From Cellulomonas sp. (GTDB lineage Bacteria > Actinomycetota > Actinomycetes > Actinomycetales > Cellulomonadaceae), in assembly GCF_017744555.1 (NCBI RefSeq), contig NZ_JAGIBD010000019.1, positions 2,404 through 66,403 of the forward strand: DNA of 64,000 bases, given 5' to 3'. Positions within the stretch are counted from its first letter, which is position 1, and every line of letters begins with the position of its first letter. Both the position numbers and the translations under genes were made by a program. The notes below the pieces were generated by a model. That model was not told the DNA's origin, did not search any database, and saw only the letters and a list, made by a program, of their open reading frames with translations. Below, piece by piece: positions 46,257-56,549 of this stretch.

Positions 46257-47174
46257 ATGGCGCACGGCGGCGGGACGCGCGCGATCCTCGCCGCGCTCGC
46301 GGCGAACCTGGGCATCGCGGTGACGAAGTTCGTCGCGTACCTGCTCACGTCGTCGAGCTCGATGCTGGCCGAGGCGGTGCACTCGGTCGCCGACTCCGGC
46401 AACCAGCTGCTCCTGCTGCTCGGCGGACGCCGTGCCCGTCGCGACGCCGACCCGAGCCACCCGTTCGGCTACGGGCGCGAGCGCTACGTCTACGCGTTCA
46501 TCGTGTCGATCGTGCTGTTCTCGCTCGGCGGCCTGTTCGCGCTGTTCGAGTCGTGGGAGAAGTGGCAGGACCCGCACCCGATCGAGGGGCGCTGGTGGTG
46601 GGTGCCGCTCGTCGTGCTCGTCGCCTCCATGGTCATGGAAGGGCTCTCGTTCCGGACCGCCGTCGGCGAGGCGAACCACACGCGCGGCCGGCAGTCGTGG
46701 GTGCAGTACGTCAGGTCGGCGAAGGCCCCCGAGATCCCCGTCGTGCTGCTCGAGGACTTCGGCGCCCTCATCGGGCTCGTCCTCGCGATGGTCGGCGTCG
46801 GGCTCACGCTGCTCACCGGTGACGGCCGGTGGGACGCCGCCGGCTCGGCGGGGATCGGTCTGCTCCTCGTGTGCATCGCCGCCGTCCTGGCCGTCGAGAC
46901 GAAGTCGCTGCTGCTCGGGGAGTCCGCGACCGGCGCCGACGTCGCGGCCATCGAGCGTGCGCTCGTCGGCGACGGCGTACCGTCCGTGATCCATCTGCGC
47001 ACCATGCACCTCGGACCCGACGAGCTGCTCGTGGGCGCGAAGATCGAGGTGTCCGCCACCGAGAGCGCCGCCGACGTCGCCGCCGCGATCGACGCCGCCG
47101 AGCAGCGCGTGCGGGCCGCCGTCCCCATCGCCACAGTGATCTACCTGGAGCCCGACCTACGACGACACACGTGA
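46257..47174 (+). CDS. Cation diffusion facilitator family transporter
   Basis: AALAANLGIAVTKF, MLAEAVHSVADSGNQ, HPFGYGRERY, VLLEDFGAL, IYLEPD. Confidence 0.9.
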   Translation: MAHGGGTRAILAALAANLGIAVTKFVAYLLTSSSSMLAEAVHSVADSGNQLLLLLGGRRARRDADPSHPFGYGRERYVYAFIVSIVLFSLGGLFALFESWEKWQDPHPIEGRWWWVPLVVLVASMVMEGLSFRTAVGEANHTRGRQSWVQYVRSAKAPEIPVVLLEDFGALIGLVLAMVGVGLTLLTGDGRWDAAGSAGIGLLLVCIAAVLAVETKSLLLGESATGADVAAIERALVGDGVPSVIHLRTMHLGPDELLVGAKIEVSATESAADVAAAIDAAEQRVRAAVPIATVIYLEPDLRRHT

Positions 47175-47227
47175 ACCACCGCACGACGCACCACGCACGA
47201 CGCACCCGACCGTGAGCGAGGAGTGAC

Positions 47228-48709
47228 ATGACCGTGTTCAGCGAGATCCCCGGCCGCTACAAGGTCCGCGACCTGAGCCTGGCGGAGGCCGGGCGGCACC
47301 AGATCCGGCTCGCGGAGCACGAGATGCCCGGGCTCATGGCGCTGCGTGCCGAGCTCGGGCCCGAGCAGCCGCTCGCGGGCGCTCGCATCGCCGGGTCGCT
47401 GCACATGACCGTGCAGACGGCGGTGCTCATCGAGACGCTCGTCGCGCTCGGCGCCCGGGTGCGCTGGGCGTCCTGCAACATCTTCTCGACGCAGGACGAG
47501 GCCGCCGCCGCGGTCGCCGTGGGTCCCGACGGCACGATCGACGCGCCCGCGGGCGTCCCGGTGTTCGCGTGGAAGGGCGAGTCGCTCGAGGAGTACTGGG
47601 ACTGCACCGAGCAGGTGCTGCTGTGGCCCGATGACGAGGGTCCGAACCTCATCCTCGACGACGGCGGCGACGCGACCCTGCTCGTCCACCAGGGCGTGCA
47701 GCACGAGGCAGCGGGCGCGGTCCCGGACGGCCCGCGGCCCGGCGACCCCGGCTGGTCCGAGGAGCTCACGGTCGTGCTCGGGGTGCTGCGCCGGGGGCTC
47801 GACGCCGACCCGCAGCGCTGGACCCGCATCGCGAAGGGGATCGTCGGCGTCAGCGAGGAGACGACCACCGGCGTCCACCGGCTCTACCAGCTCGCCGAGG
47901 CGGGCCGGCTGCTGTTCCCCGCGATCAACGTGAACGACTCGGTCACCAAGTCGAAGTTCGACAACAAGTACGGCATCCGCCACTCGCTGCCCGACGGCAT
48001 CAACCGCGCGACCGATGTGCTCATGGGCGGCAAGGTCGCGTTCGTGTGCGGGTACGGCGACGTCGGCAAGGGCGCGGCCGAGGCGTTCCGCGGGCAGGGG
48101 GCGCGAGTGATCGTGTCCGAGGTCGACCCCATCTGCGCGCTCCAGGCCGCGATGGACGGCTTCCAGGTGACCCGGCTCGCGGACGTCGTCGGGGAGGTCG
48201 ACTTCGTCATCACGACGACCGGCAACCGGGACGTCGTGACCGTCGCCGAGCTGACCGCGCTCAAGGACAAGGCCGTCGTCGGGAACATCGGCCACTTCGA
48301 CAACGAGATCGACATGGCCGGGCTCGCGGCCGTGCCGGGCGTCGTGCGGACCGAGATCAAGCCGCAGGTGCACGAGTGGACGTTCCCGGCGGCCGACGGG
48401 CGGCCCGAACGGTCGATCATCGTGCTGTCGGAGGGGCGGCTGCTCAACCTCGGCAACGCGACCGGCCACCCGTCGTTCGTCATGAGCAACTCGTTCTCGA
48501 ACCAGGTGATCGCGCAGGTCGAGCTGTTCACACGGCAGGACGCCTACGAGCGGCAGGTGTACCGGCTGCCGAAGGTGCTCGACGAGAAGGTGGCCCGGCT
48601 GCACCTCGACGCGCTCGGCGTGCGGCTCACCGAGCTCACGAAGGCGCAGGCCGAGTATCTCGGGGTCGACGTCGACGGCCCGTACAAGCCGGAGCACTAC
48701 CGCTACTGA
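47228..48709 (+). CDS. ahcY: S-adenosylhomocysteine hydrolase
   Basis: [71 protein letters not shown]. Confidence 0.97.
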   Translation: MTVFSEIPGRYKVRDLSLAEAGRHQIRLAEHEMPGLMALRAELGPEQPLAGARIAGSLHMTVQTAVLIETLVALGARVRWASCNIFSTQDEAAAAVAVGPDGTIDAPAGVPVFAWKGESLEEYWDCTEQVLLWPDDEGPNLILDDGGDATLLVHQGVQHEAAGAVPDGPRPGDPGWSEELTVVLGVLRRGLDADPQRWTRIAKGIVGVSEETTTGVHRLYQLAEAGRLLFPAINVNDSVTKSKFDNKYGIRHSLPDGINRATDVLMGGKVAFVCGYGDVGKGAAEAFRGQGARVIVSEVDPICALQAAMDGFQVTRLADVVGEVDFVITTTGNRDVVTVAELTALKDKAVVGNIGHFDNEIDMAGLAAVPGVVRTEIKPQVHEWTFPAADGRPERSIIVLSEGRLLNLGNATGHPSFVMSNSFSNQVIAQVELFTRQDAYERQVYRLPKVLDEKVARLHLDALGVRLTELTKAQAEYLGVDVDGPYKPEHYRY

Positions 48710-48778
48710 CGGGGGTGCGGCGCCGGTGCCCTGGTCTGCCGTGCCGGTGCCCTGGTCGGGCGCCGGCGCCGGGCCGGC

Positions 48779-49594
48779 TCACTGGGCGGGGTCGGGGACC
48801 CCGTACGGGAGGCGGTGCAGCAGGTCTGCCTCGAGAGCGTCCCGGTGGGCGGCCGTGAGGCGCGTCCGCAGCTCGCGCTCGCGGCGCTCGGCCAGCACCG
48901 CCGTGAGGAACGCTTCCGGGTGCGTGCCTGGCGGCGGCAACGGGTGCACGTACCGCTGCACCTCGGCGGTGAGCTGCTCGCCGAGCTGCACGCGCGAGGC
49001 GGGGTGCAGCTTCGCGGCGCGGACGAGGAACTGGCGCACCGACAGGGCGAGCCCGTCAGGCAGACGCGCGATGTCGGCCCGCGCGGCCCAGCCGGCGAGC
49101 CACGGCGGCATCGGGGCCGCGGTACGCATCTTCGTCGCGCCGCGCACGCGCAACGCGTACGTGCCGGCCAGCATGTCGCCGAGCCGCTTGCCCTGCGGGT
49201 GCACGATCGACGCGATGAGCGCCACCGAGCCCAACGTCATCCACAGCTCCACGACACCGACCAGGGCGCGGACGAACGCCTGACGGAGCACGACAGGGCC
49301 GCCGTCGTCGCGCACCACCCGGATGCCCACCGCGAGCTTGCCCACCGAACGGCCGCGCGTCAGGGTCTCGACCGTCGTCGGGACGATCACGGTGATCGTC
49401 GCGATGATCACGATGCCGAAGATGGCCGACCCGTCCTCCGAGTCGAGGACGCCCGAGATCCCCGCCACGAAGACCAGCGCGAACAGCCCGGCGCCCAGCA
49501 CGACCAGGTCGAGGAGCGCGGCCAGGACGCGGGAGATCGGCGACGCGGGCTGCGAGTCGAGCAGCACCCCCTCGCCGATGACGACGCCGTCCAT
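48779..49594 (-). CDS. RDD family membrane protein
   Basis: GEGVLLD, SRVLAALLD, GRSVGKLAVGIRVVRDDGGP, KRLGDMLAGT. Confidence 0.88.
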   Translation of the reverse strand: MDGVVIGEGVLLDSQPASPISRVLAALLDLVVLGAGLFALVFVAGISGVLDSEDGSAIFGIVIIATITVIVPTTVETLTRGRSVGKLAVGIRVVRDDGGPVVLRQAFVRALVGVVELWMTLGSVALIASIVHPQGKRLGDMLAGTYALRVRGATKMRTAAPMPPWLAGWAARADIARLPDGLALSVRQFLVRAAKLHPASRVQLGEQLTAEVQRYVHPLPPPGTHPEAFLTAVLAERRERELRTRLTAAHRDALEADLLHRLPYGVPDPAQ

Positions 49595-49681
49595 GTGCCT
49601 CCTCCCGTCCCGTCGCAGGGCGCGCACCCCGCCTGGGGAGACTAGCCGTTGATCGGGCCGACGGGATGGCAGGCTGTGCGC

Positions 49682-50671
49682 ATGGATCTCGACGCCTACC
49701 AGGCGGCCCGCGCCGGGGCGTGGCAACGGCTCGACCGGTTGACCCGGTCGCGGCGGCGGACGGGCGCGGAGGCGGACGAGCTCGTGCGCCTGTACCAGGC
49801 GACCGCCACCGACTTGTCGGTGATCCGCTCGGCCGCGCCGGACCCCGAGCTCGTGAGCCGGCTGTCGCAGCAGCTCGGCCGATCACGGGCCGCGATCGCC
49901 GGGGCGCACGAGCCGAGCTGGCGCGACGTCCGAGCCTTCGTCGAGGTGTCGCTGCCGGCGGCGCTGTACCGGATCCGGTGGTGGACCGTCGGCGTCATGG
50001 CCGCGTTCCTGCTCCTCGCGATCGCCAGCGGCGTCTGGGTCGCGACGCAGCCCGAGGCCCTCGCGGCGATGGGCACGCCGAGCCAGCAGCAGGAGTACGT
50101 CGACAACGCGTTCGCCGCGTACTACGACCCCGGCGCGGGCTTCGCCGCGACGGTCTGGACCAACAACTCCTGGATCGCCGCCGTCTGCGTCGGCGCCGGA
50201 ATCACCGGGATCCTGCCCGTGTACATGCTGGCGACGAACGCCATCTCGGTCGGCGCGGCGGGCGGGATGATGGCGGCGCACGGCGAGCTCGCGCTGTTCC
50301 TCCAGCTCATCGCGCCGCACGGGCTCCTCGAGCTCACGTCGGTGTTCGTCGCCGGGGCCGCAGGCCTGCGGATCTTCTGGACGTGGATCGATCCCGGACC
50401 CCGTCCGCGCTCGCGGGCCCTCGCGCAGGAGGGACGCGCGTTGTTCACCGTCGCGATCGGGCTCGTCGGGACCCTCGCGGTCTCCGGAGTCATCGAGGGC
50501 TTCGTCACCGGGTCCGACCTGCCGTGGTGGCTCAAGATCGCCATCGGCGTCGTCGCCCTGACGGCGTTCTGGGCCTACACGCTCGTCCTGGGCCGCCGCG
50601 CGGTCCTGGCCGGGGAGACGGGCGACGTCACTGCCGACCGCGGCGGGTACGTGCTGGCCACCGCCGGCTGA
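49682..50671 (+). CDS. Stage II sporulation protein M (DUF95) family membrane protein
   Basis: MDLDAY...WQRL, LYQATATDLS, VWTNN, IAPHGLLELT, SGVIEGFVT. Confidence 0.88.
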   Translation: MDLDAYQAARAGAWQRLDRLTRSRRRTGAEADELVRLYQATATDLSVIRSAAPDPELVSRLSQQLGRSRAAIAGAHEPSWRDVRAFVEVSLPAALYRIRWWTVGVMAAFLLLAIASGVWVATQPEALAAMGTPSQQQEYVDNAFAAYYDPGAGFAATVWTNNSWIAAVCVGAGITGILPVYMLATNAISVGAAGGMMAAHGELALFLQLIAPHGLLELTSVFVAGAAGLRIFWTWIDPGPRPRSRALAQEGRALFTVAIGLVGTLAVSGVIEGFVTGSDLPWWLKIAIGVVALTAFWAYTLVLGRRAVLAGETGDVTADRGGYVLATAG

Positions 50672-50715
50672 CACGCTCGCTTGGTCGCACCCTCGGCTCG
50701 GCCTGGCGGCTCCCG

Positions 50716-51900
50716 TCAGCGCACGTCGACGGCGTGCTCGGCGGCGTCGTCAGCGAAGAACTGCACGAACCGCTCACCCTCGTCGGCGAGCTCCCGGCGT
50801 TGGGTGGGGTCGAGCGGGTCCAGGGGCGTGACCTCGAGCGTCGCGAGCTCGCGCCGCGTACGCCCGGCCCCGTCGAGTCGCGTGCGCCGGACGACCCATG
50901 TCGCCCCGACGCGACCGTCGATCAGCACCGAGCCGGGCAGGACGCCGTTGCGGCTCTGCAGGCTGCGCCGGCGCTCGTCGCTCACGATGCGGCTGCGGTC
51001 GGCGTGGCTGAGCAGCACGTTGTCGAGGTCGGGCAGGAACCGGACCGGAGCGGGGATGTCACCGTCCGGTCGAGGGGCGTCGGGCACGTCGTAGACGGTC
51101 CGCGGCCGGACCCCGCCCGCCGCCGGCGGCGCCGAGAACTGCAGCACCCGGTCGCCGAGCCGGTCGACGACCGTACGCAGGCCCGTCAGGCCGGACCACG
51201 CCTGCACGTCCTGGACCGTCGCCGGCCCGAAGGCCGCCAGGTAGCGCAGCACCAGGCGCTCGAGCTCGACGGCGAGCACGTCGGGGTCGGTGACGTCGGG
51301 CGTCGCCGCGGCGGCCTGCGGGCCGAACCACGACCAGGCCGTCGTCCACGTCGTCGCGCCCGACCGGCCCCACACGCCGCGCGGCGGCACCTGGACCATC
51401 GGCAGCGTGCCGCGGGCGGCGTACGCGAGCGTCGTCGGGGGCACGTCGGGCCAGCGCTCCGCGAGCAGGGCGCCGAGGTCGGTCGTCGAGCGGGGCCGCT
51501 CGTCCACGAGTGCGCGCGCCGCTGCGGTGACGTCGCCGACGTCGAGCGTGCGCAGCGGCGCCGCGTGCTGCGCGTTGACGAGCAGGTCCTTGCGGAACAG
51601 CGGCTCGATCAGCGCGGGCAGCAGCAGCGCGTCGGGTGCCGTGACGAGGTGGATCGTGCCGCGCATGACGGCGATGCGGGCCGCGGTGCGGTCGACGAGG
51701 GTCTCGCCGAGGCTCGTGTGGACGAACCCTTGGACGCGGCTCCACAGGCCCACGTACGGCGACCACGCGTTCTGCGCCTGCAGGCCGACCAGATGGTCGA
51801 CCATCGCGAGCACGGGGACGTCGGCGCGGTCCAGGAGGTGCTGACGGGCGAGGAGCGCACGGTTGAGCTCGGCGTTCGTCAGGGGCGCGTCGACCGTCAC
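50716..51900 (-). CDS. HTH_42 winged-helix DNA glycosylase, AlkZ-like (QxQ)
   Basis: LNRALLARQHLL, GLQAQ, MRGTIHLV, RYLAAFGPAT..D...WSGL, RFLPDLDNVLLSH; TACCGT 6 nt before GTG. Confidence 0.85.
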   Translation of the reverse strand: MTVDAPLTNAELNRALLARQHLLDRADVPVLAMVDHLVGLQAQNAWSPYVGLWSRVQGFVHTSLGETLVDRTAARIAVMRGTIHLVTAPDALLLPALIEPLFRKDLLVNAQHAAPLRTLDVGDVTAAARALVDERPRSTTDLGALLAERWPDVPPTTLAYAARGTLPMVQVPPRGVWGRSGATTWTTAWSWFGPQAAAATPDVTDPDVLAVELERLVLRYLAAFGPATVQDVQAWSGLTGLRTVVDRLGDRVLQFSAPPAAGGVRPRTVYDVPDAPRPDGDIPAPVRFLPDLDNVLLSHADRSRIVSDERRRSLQSRNGVLPGSVLIDGRVGATWVVRRTRLDGAGRTRRELATLEVTPLDPLDPTQRRELADEGERFVQFFADDAAEHAVDVR

Positions 51901-52020
51901 CGTGGCACGGTATCGGCACGCGCCGACACACCGCCGGTACGCCTCCGTGCCCGGGCCGCGTCGAGGCCGACCCATGGCGGCCGTGCAAGGGGGCGCGACC
52001 CGCGGCGCCGACACCGCAGG

Positions 52021-53313
52021 TCAGAGCCGCCCGGCCGCCTTGAGAGCGAGGTACGTGTCGGCGAGCCGCGGCGCGAGCTCGTCGGGCAGGGCCTCGAGCA
52101 CCTCCACGCCACGCTGCCGCAGCCGCTGGGCCACGGCCGCCCGCTCGAGCCCCGCGCGTTCCGCCGCGGCGGCGTCGAACACGGCGGCGGCGTCGGCACG
52201 GCCGGTGCGCAGCGCGTCGACCTCGGGGTCCTGCACGGACGCGAGGACCACCTGGTGACGCTCGGTGAGCTGGCCGACGACGCCGAGCAGCCCCTGCTCC
52301 ACGGCGGCCGGCTCGAGCGCGGTGAGCAGGACGACGAGGGCGCGCTGGCTCATCCGCCGCCGCACCTCGCCGACGACGCCCGACCAGTCCGTCTCGACGA
52401 GCTCGGGGTGCACGTTCGCGAGCGCGTCTGCGAGCGCCGGCATGAGCCGCGCCCCGGACACACCGGCCGCGCGGGCCCGCACGCGGCGGTCGAACGCGAG
52501 GAGCTCCACCCGGTCGCCCGCCCGCCCCGCGAGGGCGGCGAGCAGCAGCGCGGCCTCGATCGAGGCATCGATGCGAGGCGCGTCGAGCACCCGTACCGCC
52601 GACGTCCGCGCCGCGTCGAGCACGATCATCACGCGCCGGTCCCGCTCGGGCCGCCACGTCCGCACGACGACGTCGCCCCGGCGGGCCGTGGCGCGCCAGT
52701 CGATGGCCCGCACGTCGTCGCCGATCACGTACTCGCGCAACGAGTCGAACTCCGTGCCCGGCCCGCGGACCTGCACGGCCGCACGCCCGTCGAGCTCGCG
52801 GAGGCGGGCGAGCCTGCTGGGCAGGTGCCGGCGCGACGCGAACTCGGGGAGCACCCGCAGCCGCCCGGGGACCGTGAGCGACGCCTGCCGTCCGGACACG
52901 CCCAGCGGCCCGGCCGTCCGGATCGTCACGCGGTCGGCGTGCGCGTCACCGCGTCGGGTGGGCACGAGCGTCGTCCGCAGCCGCCGGCCGTCGCCCGGCG
53001 GCACGTCGACCGTGTGCCGGTCGGTCCGGGCCGACGCGGACGGCGGCCACGCGTCCCGCACGACCGCACGCAGCCGACGGGTCCCGACGTTCGTCACGAC
53101 GAGCGTCGAGTCCGCGGGCTCGGTCAGCCGGACGGAGACAGGCACGTCGCGCTCGACGGCGACCTGCCGGGGCGACGCGGCGAGCACGGCGTCGACGACG
53201 CACACCGCCGCGACGACGAGCGTCCACGCCAGCACGGTGCCCGCCGCCGGCAGCACGAGCACCACCGGCACGCCGAGCGCCGCGAGCACCACCGCCCGCC
53301 ACGTGAAGATCAC
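52021..53313 (-). CDS. DUF58 family (VWA-like) protein
   Basis: RRGD, GPGTEFDSLREYVIGDDVRAIDWRATAR, TWRPERDRRV.IVLDAARTS, YLALKAAGRL. Confidence 0.9.
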   Translation of the reverse strand: MIFTWRAVVLAALGVPVVLVLPAAGTVLAWTLVVAAVCVVDAVLAASPRQVAVERDVPVSVRLTEPADSTLVVTNVGTRRLRAVVRDAWPPSASARTDRHTVDVPPGDGRRLRTTLVPTRRGDAHADRVTIRTAGPLGVSGRQASLTVPGRLRVLPEFASRRHLPSRLARLRELDGRAAVQVRGPGTEFDSLREYVIGDDVRAIDWRATARRGDVVVRTWRPERDRRVMIVLDAARTSAVRVLDAPRIDASIEAALLLAALAGRAGDRVELLAFDRRVRARAAGVSGARLMPALADALANVHPELVETDWSGVVGEVRRRMSQRALVVLLTALEPAAVEQGLLGVVGQLTERHQVVLASVQDPEVDALRTGRADAAAVFDAAAAERAGLERAAVAQRLRQRGVEVLEALPDELAPRLADTYLALKAAGRL

Positions 53314-53320
53314 GACGCGC

Positions 53321-54655
53321 TCAGCGGGGGACGGGGACGGAGCCCAGCACGGTGTCGAGCACGGCCTCGGCGTTGACGCCCTCGAGCTCGGCCTCGGGCC
53401 GCAGCTGAACCCGGTGCCGCAGCGTCGGGTGGGCGAGCGCCTTGACGTCGTCGGGAGTGACGTACCCGCGGCCGGACAGCCACGCCCACGCACGCGACGT
53501 CGCGAGCAGCGCGGTCGCGCCACGCGGCGAGACCCCGAGCGACAGCGACGGCGACCGCCGCGTCGCCCGGCACACGTCGACCGCGTACCCGAGCACCTCG
53601 CGCGACACCTGCACCTGGGCGACCTCCGCCCGCGCGTGGGCGAGCAGCGCGGCGTCCGCGACGGGCCGGACACCCGCGGCGGTCAGGTCGCGCGGGTCGA
53701 AGCCGGCCGCGTGGCGGGCGAGCACCTCGACCTCGTCCTCCCGCTCGGGCAGCGGGAGCGTGAGCTTGAGCAGGAACCGGTCGAGCTGCGCCTCGGGCAG
53801 CGGGTACGTGCCCTCGTACTCGACGGGGTTCTGGGTGGCGATCACCAGGAACGGGTCGGGCAGCGGGCGCGGGGTGCCGTCGACGGACACCTGACGCTCC
53901 TCCATCGCCTCGAGGAGCGACGCCTGCGTCTTCGGGGGCGTGCGGTTGATCTCGTCCGCGAGCAGAAGATTCGTGAACACCGGACCCTCGCGGAACGAGA
54001 ACTCCGCGGTGCGGGCGTCGTAGACGAGCGACCCCGTGATGTCGCCGGGCATGAGGTCCGGCGTGAACTGGACCCGCTTCGTGCCGAGGTCGAGCGCCGC
54101 CGACAGCGACCGGACGAGGAGCGTCTTCGCGACGCCCGGGACGCCCTCGAGGAGCACGTGGCCGCGGCAGAGCAGCGCGATGACGAGCCCGCTCACCGCT
54201 GCGTCCTGCCCGACGACTGCCTTCGCGACCTCGGTCCGGACGCCCGCGAGCGCCGCACGCAGCTCGTGCGACGGGGCGGACGGCTGCGCGTGGCCCGCCG
54301 CCGGGAACGGCGCGGGCGCCGCGGGGGCATGCATCGCCGCCGGAGGTGCCGTGGGCGTGGGCGCGACCGGCGCCGGTGCCGGCGCCGTGGGGGTCACGGG
54401 TGCGGGCACGCCGGGCGCCGGGTGGGACTGCGGCGCGCGGTGCTGGGGTGCGGACGGCGTTGCAGCACCAGCGCTCGCCGGGCCGGCAGGAGCGGGCGGC
54501 ACGCTCGGGGCCTGAGCCGCCACCGGGCCGGCCGGCCACGCGGGTGCCGGCGGTGCGGGGGGTGCGGTGGGGGCGGGCGCCTGCGCGCCGCCGGGCGCGG
54601 TCGCCGGTGCGGGCGGGTGCTCGGGCGTGGGCATGCCGGGGGTCTCCTCGGTCAC
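53321..54655 (-). CDS. MoxR family AAA+ ATPase with Pro/Ala-rich N-terminus
   Basis: HVLLEGVPGVAKT, RVQFTPDLMPGD, LLADEINRTPPKTQ, ATQNPVEYEGTYPLPEAQLDRF, GVSPRG. Confidence 0.93.
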   Translation of the reverse strand: MTEETPGMPTPEHPPAPATAPGGAQAPAPTAPPAPPAPAWPAGPVAAQAPSVPPAPAGPASAGAATPSAPQHRAPQSHPAPGVPAPVTPTAPAPAPVAPTPTAPPAAMHAPAAPAPFPAAGHAQPSAPSHELRAALAGVRTEVAKAVVGQDAAVSGLVIALLCRGHVLLEGVPGVAKTLLVRSLSAALDLGTKRVQFTPDLMPGDITGSLVYDARTAEFSFREGPVFTNLLLADEINRTPPKTQASLLEAMEERQVSVDGTPRPLPDPFLVIATQNPVEYEGTYPLPEAQLDRFLLKLTLPLPEREDEVEVLARHAAGFDPRDLTAAGVRPVADAALLAHARAEVAQVQVSREVLGYAVDVCRATRRSPSLSLGVSPRGATALLATSRAWAWLSGRGYVTPDDVKALAHPTLRHRVQLRPEAELEGVNAEAVLDTVLGSVPVPR

Positions 54656-55851
54656 GGTCGGTGAACCTCGCTCTCCAGGTGGTCCAGGTCCAGGGCCAGC
54701 CGTGCCAGGCCGGCGTCGTCCCGCGGTGGGGGACCGTACAGCAGGTGCTCGACGGAACGGGGGTCGCGCCCCGTGGCCCGGGCCACGGCGTCGACCAAGG
54801 GGACGGCGCCGGCTGACCGGGGCAGGCCGAGCCGGGTCGCGCATCGGCTCGCCGCGCCGGCGCGCAGTGCCGCCGCCGCGTGGCCGTGCGCGCGCGAGCG
54901 CCGGTACAGCCGGCCGCGTCCGCGGGTGGTCTCGCCCGCCCGGACGACGACGGGCAGCGGTTCGGTGACCAGGCGGCCGAGCCGTCGTCCGCGCCACAGC
55001 GCCGTGACGAGCACGACCAGCACGAGCATGAGACCGACGAGGCGGACGCGTGGTGGGACGAGGTCGCCGAGCGCGGGGCTGGACCCTCCGCCGCCGGTGC
55101 TCATGTCGTCGAGCGACGGGACGAACCACACGAGCCGCTCGTGCTTGCCGAGCATCCGCAGCACGAGCGCGGCGTTGCCCTCCTCGGCGAGGTGCGCGTT
55201 GGTCAGGGGAGCGGTGTCGGTCAGCGCGGTGAGCGGCCGTTCCCCGTCGACGACGACGTACGCGCCGCTCTCGGGGTCGTCGCTCGCGAAGCAGACCGTC
55301 GGACCCGGTGCGGTGGCGCGCAGCGCGCCGGACACGGTCGCCGTGCCGGCAGCGGTGGCGTCGGGGTCGTCGCAGCGGGCCTCGCGGACGGCGGAGCCCG
55401 AGTCGACGCCGCCGACCACGAGGCCGTCGCTGAGCCGTTCGACGATGTCGGCGTTGCCGACCAGCACGAGGTCGGCCCCCGTGCCGTCGAGGGCGTCGAG
55501 CTGCTCGTCGTCGAGGAACAGCCCGCCGACCACGAGCAGCGTGCTGCCCGGCGCCGCCTGACCGACGGCGTCCGCGACCCGGCGCACGTAGCGGACGTCG
55601 ACGCCCTGCCCCCCCAGGATCTGCGCCGCGGCCCGCGCACCGGTGGGTCCGGGGTTGTCGGGCGCCACCGCCGTGGTCGACGTGCGCGGCTCCGGCAGGG
55701 TCGCGAGCAGCCCGACGAGCAGCAGCAGGCCCAGGATCGCGAGGGGGGCGCGGGAGCGTCGCCAGCGCGCGGACGCCCGGGTGCGCGCGGAGGTGCCGTC
55801 GCCGACCACGGGCTGCGCCACGGCGGGGGCCACCGGCGGGGCCGCGGTCAT
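54652..55851 (-). CDS. DUF4350 domain membrane protein
   Basis: PDNPGPTGARA, LTNAHLAEEGNAAL, RGRRLGRLVTEPLPVVVRAGETT.GRGRLYRR. Confidence 0.82.
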   Translation of the reverse strand: MTAAPPVAPAVAQPVVGDGTSARTRASARWRRSRAPLAILGLLLLVGLLATLPEPRTSTTAVAPDNPGPTGARAAAQILGGQGVDVRYVRRVADAVGQAAPGSTLLVVGGLFLDDEQLDALDGTGADLVLVGNADIVERLSDGLVVGGVDSGSAVREARCDDPDATAAGTATVSGALRATAPGPTVCFASDDPESGAYVVVDGERPLTALTDTAPLTNAHLAEEGNAALVLRMLGKHERLVWFVPSLDDMSTGGGGSSPALGDLVPPRVRLVGLMLVLVVLVTALWRGRRLGRLVTEPLPVVVRAGETTRGRGRLYRRSRAHGHAAAALRAGAASRCATRLGLPRSAGAVPLVDAVARATGRDPRSVEHLLYGPPPRDDAGLARLALDLDHLESEVHRP

Positions 55852-56549
55852 CGGGCACCCGCAGACGCGGTCTCGGTCCGGCGCTGCGGGGCGACGGGGC
55901 GGGTCTCACGCACACGCCGGTCGAGGTCGCGCAGCACGCGGTCGTCGTCGGGCGTCGCGGTCACGTGCCCGTAGGCGACGTCGTCGAACAGGCGCCCTCC
56001 GTCGACCAGCGCCGCGCCGAGGGTCGGGAGGCGGACGCTCGCGTCGACGGTGGCCTCGTGGGCGGTGCGGCCGAGGCGTGCGTCGAGGATCGTGCGCTCC
56101 TCGAGCCCGCGGACCACGGCCCGGAAGCGTTCGACGACCGCGAGCGACCAGTCGCCCGCCGCGGCGGCCGCGTCGGCGGCGGCGCGCAGCTGGTCGGCGG
56201 TCCGCGCGTCGTCGCGCCCGAGCACCGACCGCGCCTCCCGCGCAGCCCCGCGCGACCGTCGGACCGGCCCGGCGGCCCACAGCACCACACCGGCGACCAG
56301 CACGGCCACGCCGATGACGACGGCGAGCGAGACGCCGGGGGAGACCACGGGAGCGGGGATGCCGTCGAGCAGGCCGAGCAGCCAGTCCAGCAGCCGGTCG
56401 AGCAGCGAGCGCGACTGGTGGTACACGGGCTCGGCCAGCTCCCGCTCAGCCCAGCGGCGTGCGGTCGCGGCGTCGGGCTCGACCGGCACCTCGCGCCTGA
56501 CCCCGGTCGCCAGGGCGCCCACGTGGGCCGCCCACGCCACGAGCGTCAC
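55848..56549 (-). CDS. DUF4129 domain membrane protein
   Basis: PDAATARRWAERELAEPVY, AVVERFRAVVR.LEER, GRTAHE, FDDVAYG. Confidence 0.82.
   Translation of the reverse strand: MTLVAWAAHVGALATGVRREVPVEPDAATARRWAERELAEPVYHQSRSLLDRLLDWLLGLLDGIPAPVVSPGVSLAVVIGVAVLVAGVVLWAAGPVRRSRGAAREARSVLGRDDARTADQLRAAADAAAAAGDWSLAVVERFRAVVRGLEERTILDARLGRTAHEATVDASVRLPTLGAALVDGGRLFDDVAYGHVTATPDDDRVLRDLDRRVRETRPVAPQRRTETASAGAR

Noticed and set aside
46158-47227. Possible SAH riboswitch upstream of ahcY or the CDF gene
   Set aside because: The SAH riboswitch core could not be recognised; the ahcY intergenic gap is only about 53 nt. An Infernal search would be decisive.
49682-50671. SpoIIM, whiB and ComF as evidence for sporulation or competence
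   Set aside because: These families are widespread in non-sporulating, non-competent Actinobacteria
49666-53376. 1236-aa plus-strand ORF
   Set aside because: Overlaps SpoIIM off-frame and AlkZ-like/DUF58 antisense; no recognisable domain
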